Below, piece after piece: positions 25,054 through 32,000 of a DNA stretch of 32,000 bases. The DNA is from Megasphaera elsdenii DSM 20460 (lineage in GTDB: Bacteria > Bacillota > Negativicutes > Veillonellales > Megasphaeraceae), in the NCBI RefSeq assembly GCF_003010495.1, contig NZ_CP027570.1:1980001-2012000 (forward strand). Reading direction: 5' to 3'. The position numbers and the translations under genes were made by a program. The notes below the pieces were generated by a model that was not told the DNA's origin, made no database searches, and worked only from the letters and a program-made list of their open reading frames with translations. The first letter of the stretch is position 1. Every line of letters starts with the position of its first letter.

Positions 25054-26423
25054 GAATCTCTTATGCAGATGGCTTCTTAGGCCAGACGATGAAGAATGGC
25101 ACTAATGGATGTGCGGAAGCTGTCGGCCTTATGGGGGCCGGTAACAGCCAATTCCTTGCTAACGAGTATAATAATGGTCAATATTCAGTTCCCGGTATGG
25201 TGTCCGACGCCCAGCAGGCCGGAATCCCGGTCATCCCTTACCAAGCAGGAGCAGCTAACCCCAATGATGTAATCGTGTACGGGGACAATGACCACGTTGT
25301 TCTATCTGATGGTAATGGTGGTTATTACGGGAACTCTAGCTCACAGAACCAGATCGTACACGGTAGTGACGCTACGCAAATGGGAGGACTTCAACCGACG
25401 GCTATCATTAAAACCGGTGGCCAAGGTGGCAGTTTCAATTTCCAAGCCAAGGATGCGAACGGGAACCCATTCATTAATTTAGCCGCGAAAATCAGGACAA
25501 GTAATCCGAACGAACCATTCGACCAACAGAGCCTTATGGACATATTGTCTCAACCGACTCGTTCATATGCCCATGAAAAACGAATCCATTACCTGACCGA
25601 CCGAGATTATCAGGGAGACCTTTTGTTCTTGAATCCAGATGTAGCCCGATGGATGAAAGACAGCGCTAAACAACTGAATGATAATCGTGACGCAGATTTA
25701 AAAGAACAAATCGACCAAGCAAACCAGCAGACTAGGTTGAAGCAGGCTATGCAGTTAGCACAGCTTATTAACGGGAGCGGCAGTGTAGATAATCGACGTG
25801 GTTACGCGGCTATGGCCAAGATGTTTGGGATTAATTTGCCGACGAATGATGACCAATTCGTTAATAGCAGTGACCTCTTAAAGACACAGGTACAAATGAA
25901 TAATGCTGAACGGAACTATAACTTCCAGCAACAGCAGGCTAAACAGGCACAGGATAACTGGCAGAAGGAATTCGACCTCAAGAAAGCAATCCAAGACCGA
26001 CAGGCTCAAATCGAAGAACAGAGATTGGCTCTTGCCGCCGCTAGAAGTGCTGGTGGCGGAAGTAGATATGGAGGCGGAGGCAGTTCAGGTAAGGGACCTC
26101 ATTACTCCATTGGGGATATTGCAAAGATTAAAGAAACTCTCAACGCTCCGTTCCAGCAAGTATACGATGCCGCCGCCGATGGTAGTATGTCTGGTGATGA
26201 AATTAGAGAAGCTCTCAAGAACGCTGAGTACGAAAATATCAATACCTTGTCTATGCTTGAACCTGACGGTGGCCCGGGCAGTGCATACGGGCAAGAAGTA
26301 GAAGATAACTATGTGAACAAATTGAAGGATAAATTCGGGGAAGACTTGAGTGACCAAGAACATACATGGACAAATAACCCGATTACAAGAACACTTCATG
26401 ATATTTTCCCTAGTGTATTTTGA
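25050..26423 (+). CDS. putative Cys-His peptidase/amidase (papain-like) with the same C-terminal module as the SLT protein
   Basis: N-terminal NGTNGCAEAVG ... DNDHVVLSDGNGGYYGN (Cys/His pair). The C-terminal FNFQAKDA...RTSNPNEPFD...DRDY...NPDVA...VDN...NSSDLL segment parallels residues of the 24070 product. Confidence 0.6.
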   Translation: MRISYADGFLGQTMKNGTNGCAEAVGLMGAGNSQFLANEYNNGQYSVPGMVSDAQQAGIPVIPYQAGAANPNDVIVYGDNDHVVLSDGNGGYYGNSSSQNQIVHGSDATQMGGLQPTAIIKTGGQGGSFNFQAKDANGNPFINLAAKIRTSNPNEPFDQQSLMDILSQPTRSYAHEKRIHYLTDRDYQGDLLFLNPDVARWMKDSAKQLNDNRDADLKEQIDQANQQTRLKQAMQLAQLINGSGSVDNRRGYAAMAKMFGINLPTNDDQFVNSSDLLKTQVQMNNAERNYNFQQQQAKQAQDNWQKEFDLKKAIQDRQAQIEEQRLALAAARSAGGGSRYGGGGSSGKGPHYSIGDIAKIKETLNAPFQQVYDAAADGSMSGDEIREALKNAEYENINTLSMLEPDGGPGSAYGQEVEDNYVNKLKDKFGEDLSDQEHTWTNNPITRTLHDIFPSVF

Positions 26424-26441
26424 TTGATTAGGAGGGGTTAG

Positions 26442-29400
26442 ATGGCAGGAAGAACTACAGAAGATTATCTTCAGGCCTTATACGATAGAGCCGAAGCAAA
26501 TGACCAATACCTCGATAGCGTCATTGCCCCGGATGATGGGGGGACGTATGATTCCTTCGGTGACGGTGGTTTTTTAGATTCGGCTATTAACGGTGCTCTC
26601 AACGGGTTAGGGTCTAGCCTCGGTTCTATCGGCACTTACATGAATCAGGAATTTGGGTTTGGACAAGGCCTTGAGGATTTTGGGGATGCCATTTCACAGG
26701 GCAGGCAGGCAAGACGGCAGTTCACCCGTAATGATCGCCTCTTTGACTTTATCACAGACCCGAATGGTCTTACATATACAGCTTTTAATCTTGTAGGTTC
26801 TTCCGCCCCTGACTTAGCTGTCACTGGCGCTGTTGGTGCCGCTACAGGTGGTATTGGAGGAGCGGCTGTAGGACTTGGTTTAAAAGCGGCCAAGGCCGCA
26901 AGATTGGCCAAGACCGCTTCTTCCTTAGAGAAAGCAATTGCCGTAGGTACAGACGCTAGTGAATTGAGTACGGGGGCAAGGATTGCCAGAGCCGCCTTCA
27001 ATGCCGCTCCAGAAATAGCCGGTAACGTAGCTGGTGGCTATCTTGACGCCGCATCAGAAGCAGGTGATACATACAATCAGGCTATCCAGAACGGGGCTAC
27101 TCAAGAAGAAGCTCGTAATGCTATGGATACTGACTTCATGGATAACATCGGTATGTCAATTGCCTCCAATGCTGTTGAAATGGGAATGTTCAAAGGGGCC
27201 GCAAATGCTCCGAAGAGACTCCTCAGCAGTGCGACAGAATCTACCGAACAGAAAGCTGGAGAGGGCTTGCTTGGTTCCTTATCCGATTTTGGGGGTAAGG
27301 TAGCAGACTTCGCAGACAAGAGGTATTCTACTAGGGTTCTTGCTCATAGCGTTCCCGGAATGGCAGTAGAGTCCTATACAGAAGGCCTACAGAATGAATT
27401 CCAAAACAGTTCCATTACTGGAGAAGATGTTAATTATAATCCTCTCGAAATGGGAGATGAATCTAAAGACCAAATGTTTATGGCTGGCATGGGTATGATT
27501 CCTACAGGTCTCCTTGGCGGGATTGGCCATCGCAGAGCAAGAAGAGTATCCCCGGCTGACGAGGTTAGTAATCCTGTTGAAGTGGTTAATAGTCCGGTCG
27601 AAGAAACGGTTAGAAATACTCCGAATACCATTCAAGAGGAATCTCCGATTAGAGAAGATGTTCCGGTTACAGAAAATATTCCAGTTGATGAAACTGAACT
27701 TACTCAACAGGATTTGGATGCTATCCCGATGAACTCACAAGAAACAACGGCCCCTCAGCAAGTTGACGCGTCCTTAGTACAGGCAGGACCTAAAGACTTT
27801 GCCCAACAGCTCATAGACAAAATGAACAACCCTACGGAGTATGACTTAGCTGAACAGGAAGCTTACGGGAAGAGTGACAACCAGTACCAAGCTAACCAAG
27901 CTATTGCCAACCTGATTGATACCGAAGATGGAAACGTCCTTGGATACAACCCGGTACACGGTACGTCTATGATGACAGGCCCGGAACGGGACGACCTCGT
28001 TAAGGCCATGATAGAATCGCCAAATCTACCAATCATCTCTGACAGTAAGAGCGCACAACCAGTAGCCGCTATCCTCCAGCAACGGAATAATGACCGTTAC
28101 CGTCAAGCTACAGCCCAAAGTCTTATTCAGAAGAAAAATGAGTTAGGGCTTCCTATTTCCCAGCAGGAATTAGATAACGCTAATAGCATTTCTCCGAATA
28201 CAGGATTTTTCCCGGCACAGCGCAAAGAAATCCATGTGCAGGAAGTAGCGAACCGAAAGGCAGATAGAGAACAACACACACAGAATATAGCTACTGCCGT
28301 AAGTGCTATCCAAGAGGATATTAAGCAGAACGGGGTTTATAGCGATTTCTATAAACCTAAGAGCGGAGATATTTCTGATGCTGGTAAAGCACGTCTCAAT
28401 AAACTCGGAGTTACCCCTGATGACGCCGGTATCTCTAAAGTTTTAAGAACAAATTCGGCATCCGCAACACGTTCCTACGAATTACAGAAGAAAGAAAAAC
28501 AGAAGGCTACAGAACAGGTTATCAAAGATGATTTCTTGAAGAATGGGGTTCACTCTAAGTACTACACATCCGATGGTAAATTCGATTCGCTCCCCAATGA
28601 GGTAAAACAGGAAATCACTAAAGGAGCTGGTGGGGAAGTCACTCATGCAATCCGCAACCAGATTCAAACCTTATCTGGGAAAGCTCGTGCTGAAGATAGG
28701 GTCAAGACGCAGACTATCGCCAATAAAAAGAACCATATGGATACGGTTCAACGTATCAATTCCAGCCGTGAAAATAGAGGAGTTACGCTTGACGCTAAGA
28801 AAATGGAAGGTTTGTCTGCCAAGGAACAGCGCCGTCAAATCGAGATGGCTAATGCCCAGATTGCCAAGCGGAATAGGATTGCTGAAGTAGATGCTGTCCG
28901 AGGCTTTGAAAAACAGCGTATCGATAAATCCCATGAAGTAACTATTGAATCTCCATTTGCTCAAAAATTATCTCAATATGCAAATAAAGGCAGAGATAAA
29001 GAAGCTATTACCGAACTCCACAACTTCACAGAAAACTTCTTTAATTATAAAAAGGGCCTCAGTATGAGCCGCCTCCTGTCTAAGTTCCCTAAGAAATACC
29101 GCGAATCCGTCAAGGAAGCTGTTACTTCATACGTAAATGCCCGCACTCAAGATAAATACAATCCTCAAGACCACATCCAGAACATCGAGCAGAAGGTAGC
29201 TGAAGTAGATAGACAGGCAAAGCAGGTATCCGACGAAAAGAATAGAGAACGGGCACGGAGAAGTTATGAAAATAAAAAGGAAATCCAGAAGGCAGAACCT
29301 AAACCGGTACAGGGCAGTGCTCAGGATTTATTGAATATCATGTCAAAAGTCCAAGATGACGAAAGCAAATCAAAGCCAGAAGCAAAACCTGTCAAGGAAC

Positions 29401-32000
29401 TCTCCGGAGCTACAAAAGCCAAAAAGACAAGGGCTGCGCTCAATGAGGCGAAACCAAAAGGGAAAGAAGAAGAAATAAAAACTGTTCGTTCCGCTGGGAA
29501 GGCTCTTGCTAAGGAAATTCGTGGTAAGCACCTGGCTAAAAACGACCCTATCCACTATTTCCTCCATCACGAAGAACTTGAAAAGAAATACGGGGAACGT
29601 GCCGCCACTCTTAGTGGTAAAAATGCTTCGTTTGTCACTGTTGAGGATGGCAAAAACGTTAGGAAACCATATAGAGGGGAATACTTCCAAACAGGAAATC
29701 ATAGAGAACCACTTGTCCCTTCCATTGTTAACTGGGTTAATGATGGACCTGTCAAAGTAGCAAGAGCCGTAAATTTCCCCGGAGATAAAGCTCTCCAAAA
29801 TCTTGTGGAATCAGGGCAATACACACAAGAAGAAGTAAGTAAGGCTAAGACCGAATATGAAAAATACAAGAAACAAGCAGATGACGAAAAAGCAGAGGCT
29901 CAAGCTGAAACAAAAGAGAGGAAAGCTAGAGAAAGTGAAAATAACGCAGGTACATATTTAGCAAACACAAAAGAAAAAAGAATAACCTCTTCAGAACCTT
30001 TATCTTATAAGTACGAAGACGGAATGATAACTTCTTCTACCTCCGATATGGACGTTAAAATCCCTAACGGTGAAATTGAAGCATTCGGTGGAGATAAAGT
30101 GAAGTTAAAAGATGCCGATAAGCAGGATATTGCAGATTATCTCTCAGACTATTATAATATAGATACAGAACCGGATAACATCAAGGTTACGAAGGAAAAT
30201 GAAGTCCATGTCACAGATGCTTTCCGCTATTTCTTCCCGGACGATGTATCTAAAGATATTTTCAATCGCCTCGGCGAAGAAGACCAGAAGAAATTCCTTG
30301 CAGACGGATACGAAGTGAAAGGAGAAGATAAAAATGTACAGACCGACGAAACTACCTCCGATGCCAGAGGGAGTAACGGACCCGAGCATTTGGAGGGGGA
30401 TGTGGTGCAACGGAATTCTTACCCTCCCAGAAGGAATGACGCAGGAAGAAGTGGACAAGAAACTCTGGGAAGGAGACAAAGAGTTTCTGGACAAGTACAG
30501 CAAGCCAGTAGGGGGCTTGGACCCGAATATCGATTAACCAAACTCGGTAACAAACTAAAGAAAGCCATCCATTTGGCAACTCCAGAAGGAGTAAGTATCG
30601 ACGCACCCACTTTAAACAAATTAATAAATGACTCATTTGGAGATTTATCACCACGGTTGCAATCGAAAATTGCGGAAGCTCTTGACGATATGGCAACCGT
30701 GTTTATTTATGATGGGGAAAAAGAAAAGACCGGAGCTCTCGGTAGAACCTATTCTGAATATAACGTAATCAGAATTTTCAAAGATGCATTATCCGGGGAT
30801 AAAAGTACACCTACCGTACTCCATGAAACTATTCACTCTCTCCACGCCGCTATTGAACGTGGATTAGGGGATAAAGAATACGGGATTAATTACATCACGT
30901 CTAATAATTTCGTTGATAAAGAAAAAGACCAGTTAGAGGATTATAGGATTGAATATACAAACAGATTGATTGAGCAACTCCGCGAAGGAGAAGGTTTTAC
31001 CAATAGCTGGAGAATCTTAGTATACGACCATACCATAAGGAACCCCAAAATAGTTGATTATGTATGCGATAAAATATCTAAGAGTAAAACTTTACAAGAA
31101 TCATTAAAAAAGAATAAGGAATTATACGACGAACTTTTTGTAGCTAAAACTTTATCTCAACTTCAATTAGCATCAAAATATCCTCAATACAAATCCCAGT
31201 TAAAAGGTGTGGAAGACAGAATCATTGATATGGCAAACAAAGCGGTCGACGGAGCTGGGACATTGAGCTCTGCTAGAGCCTCTATATTGGAAAAGGCGAA
31301 GGTTCTGAAACCATTCTCAAACGGTACTTTCACAGATAAGGCTGTTAAAGCTTTTCTGAACTTTGTAGAAAATAGAAATACCCCATCCGCTGATGCTATG
31401 TCTATTAAGGAGCGTATAGATAAACAACTACACAAGGTCGGTATTCCCACTCACGAAGAAACAGCTCAAAGAGCAGCCCTGTATGCCGCTGGTGTCCTTC
31501 CGGGTAAAGAACGTATGAGTATCCTTCAGCGCCAATTTGAAGACCCCCTTCATATCTTCAAAAAATACTTCCCTGATGGTATGCCTATCTACCGGTTAGC
31601 AGATGGAGCCCGCCGCAAGATGGAAAAGTTCGTTGGAGATTACTCCCAGAAATTCTTGGACGTATTCAAAGGCCTCGATAAAGATGAACGGAAGGTATTC
31701 GACTCCCTCGTTTTGAAAGCCAATGAAATGCACCGAGACCCTATGCAGGTCATTAACCTTGACGATGGGATTCACCTCGCAGTCCGTCATGACGCCTTTA
31801 TTGAACATTACGATAGCGCTCCTGAAGCTATTAAAAAGATTCAGGAAATCCGTAACTCTGGTAAATATCGTCTGTCCAAGATGATTCAGGAGTCGGAAGA
31901 AAACGAAAACGCTGGATTCGGCAAAGGCTTCACAGTATTTGCTCTCCCTAAAGGCAGTGCCGCTTTCAAGTCTGAAGATGCCGCCCAGAAGTACGCAAAA
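26442..32000 (+). CDS. giant virion/ejection-type protein (at least 1853 codons, 3' end outside the window) with Gly/Ala-rich hydrophobic N-terminal segment and a zincin HExxH motif
   Basis: The ATG at 26442 lies 5 nt after AGGAGGGG. I translated the frame by hand to position 32000 and met no stop. It is missing from the ORF track because it has no stop in the window. Contains VTGAVGAATGGIGGAAVGLGL (about 26820-26880) and VLHETIHSLH (HETIH at 30822-30836). Confidence 0.8.
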   Translation, partial: MAGRTTEDYLQALYDRAEANDQYLDSVIAPDDGGTYDSFGDGGFLDSAINGALNGLGSSLGSIGTYMNQEFGFGQGLEDFGDAISQGRQARRQFTRNDRLFDFITDPNGLTYTAFNLVGSSAPDLAVTGAVGAATGGIGGAAVGLGLKAAKAARLAKTASSLEKAIAVGTDASELSTGARIARAAFNAAPEIAGNVAGGYLDAASEAGDTYNQAIQNGATQEEARNAMDTDFMDNIGMSIASNAVEMGMFKGAANAPKRLLSSATESTEQKAGEGLLGSLSDFGGKVADFADKRYSTRVLAHSVPGMAVESYTEGLQNEFQNSSITGEDVNYNPLEMGDESKDQMFMAGMGMIPTGLLGGIGHRRARRVSPADEVSNPVEVVNSPVEETVRNTPNTIQEESPIREDVPVTENIPVDETELTQQDLDAIPMNSQETTAPQQVDASLVQAGPKDFAQQLIDKMNNPTEYDLAEQEAYGKSDNQYQANQAIANLIDTEDGNVLGYNPVHGTSMMTGPERDDLVKAMIESPNLPIISDSKSAQPVAAILQQRNNDRYRQATAQSLIQKKNELGLPISQQELDNANSISPNTGFFPAQRKEIHVQEVANRKADREQHTQNIATAVSAIQEDIKQNGVYSDFYKPKSGDISDAGKARLNKLGVTPDDAGISKVLRTNSASATRSYELQKKEKQKATEQVIKDDFLKNGVHSKYYTSDGKFDSLPNEVKQEITKGAGGEVTHAIRNQIQTLSGKARAEDRVKTQTIANKKNHMDTVQRINSSRENRGVTLDAKKMEGLSAKEQRRQIEMANAQIAKRNRIAEVDAVRGFEKQRIDKSHEVTIESPFAQKLSQYANKGRDKEAITELHNFTENFFNYKKGLSMSRLLSKFPKKYRESVKEAVTSYVNARTQDKYNPQDHIQNIEQKVAEVDRQAKQVSDEKNRERARRSYENKKEIQKAEPKPVQGSAQDLLNIMSKVQDDESKSKPEAKPVKELSGATKAKKTRAALNEAKPKGKEEEIKTVRSAGKALAKEIRGKHLAKNDPIHYFLHHEELEKKYGERAATLSGKNASFVTVEDGKNVRKPYRGEYFQTGNHREPLVPSIVNWVNDGPVKVARAVNFPGDKALQNLVESGQYTQEEVSKAKTEYEKYKKQADDEKAEAQAETKERKARESENNAGTYLANTKEKRITSSEPLSYKYEDGMITSSTSDMDVKIPNGEIEAFGGDKVKLKDADKQDIADYLSDYYNIDTEPDNIKVTKENEVHVTDAFRYFFPDDVSKDIFNRLGEEDQKKFLADGYEVKGEDKNVQTDETTSDARGSNGPEHLEGDVVQRNSYPPRRNDAGRSGQETLGRRQRVSGQVQQASRGLGPEYRLTKLGNKLKKAIHLATPEGVSIDAPTLNKLINDSFGDLSPRLQSKIAEALDDMATVFIYDGEKEKTGALGRTYSEYNVIRIFKDALSGDKSTPTVLHETIHSLHAAIERGLGDKEYGINYITSNNFVDKEKDQLEDYRIEYTNRLIEQLREGEGFTNSWRILVYDHTIRNPKIVDYVCDKISKSKTLQESLKKNKELYDELFVAKTLSQLQLASKYPQYKSQLKGVEDRIIDMANKAVDGAGTLSSARASILEKAKVLKPFSNGTFTDKAVKAFLNFVENRNTPSADAMSIKERIDKQLHKVGIPTHEETAQRAALYAAGVLPGKERMSILQRQFEDPLHIFKKYFPDGMPIYRLADGARRKMEKFVGDYSQKFLDVFKGLDKDERKVFDSLVLKANEMHRDPMQVINLDDGIHLAVRHDAFIEHYDSAPEAIKKIQEIRNSGKYRLSKMIQESEENENAGFGKGFTVFALPKGSAAFKSEDAAQKYAK

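Noticed and set aside
26645-27001. 118-aa - strand Ala/Pro-rich ORF. Also the frame-1 + ORFs at 27034, 27514, 28630 and 29506, and the - ORFs at 27387, 28671, 29370 and 31184
   Set aside because: All lie inside the uninterrupted giant ORF and have off-frame-like composition (Leu/Arg/Ser-rich). Only the 30334..30537 ORF looked different, and that one is reported as a finding.

Overview
This window looks like a phage or prophage region from a low-GC Gram-positive-like host. Strong GGAGG ribosome-binding sites are common, and every phage gene is on the + strand. The left half (1-14.5 kb) is a replication and nucleotide-metabolism module. It holds tandem HTH_36-like DNA-binding paralogs next to an AT-rich, repeat-rich, origin-like region. 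It also holds a T7 gp4-like primase-helicase, a Cas4-like PD-(D/E)XK nuclease, an Hjc-like resolvase, a dUTPase, an orphan beta-class DNA methyltransferase, small accessory genes (DUF2829/Tad2-like, DUF3310-like), NrdG, a thioredoxin-like protein and NrdD. The right half (15.9-32 kb) is a virion module. It holds a tail protein, a Ser/Ala-rich tail fiber, internal-virion-like proteins, an SLT transglycosylase, a Cys-His peptidase-like protein and a giant ORF of at least 1853 codons that runs off the window. Two identical 1322-bp IS3-family insertion sequences lie on the - strand at 4049..5370 and 14567..15888. Copy 1 is a simple insertion with a 3-bp GTA target duplication that splits the nuclease gene. 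That gene also carries a frameshift at a G5 run. Copy 2 has no target duplication and joins two unrelated truncated genes, which implies a deletion, a rearrangement or a misassembly. The most striking feature is nrdD. It carries a 252-nt group I intron, a 327-aa LAGLIDADG intein in the SCCRL motif, and a second group I intron whose HNH homing-endonuclease gene is itself cut by IS copy 2. The nrdD 3' end, which normally encodes the glycyl-radical domain, is absent from the window. All calls rest on reading the sequence and recognising motifs. No database search was run.
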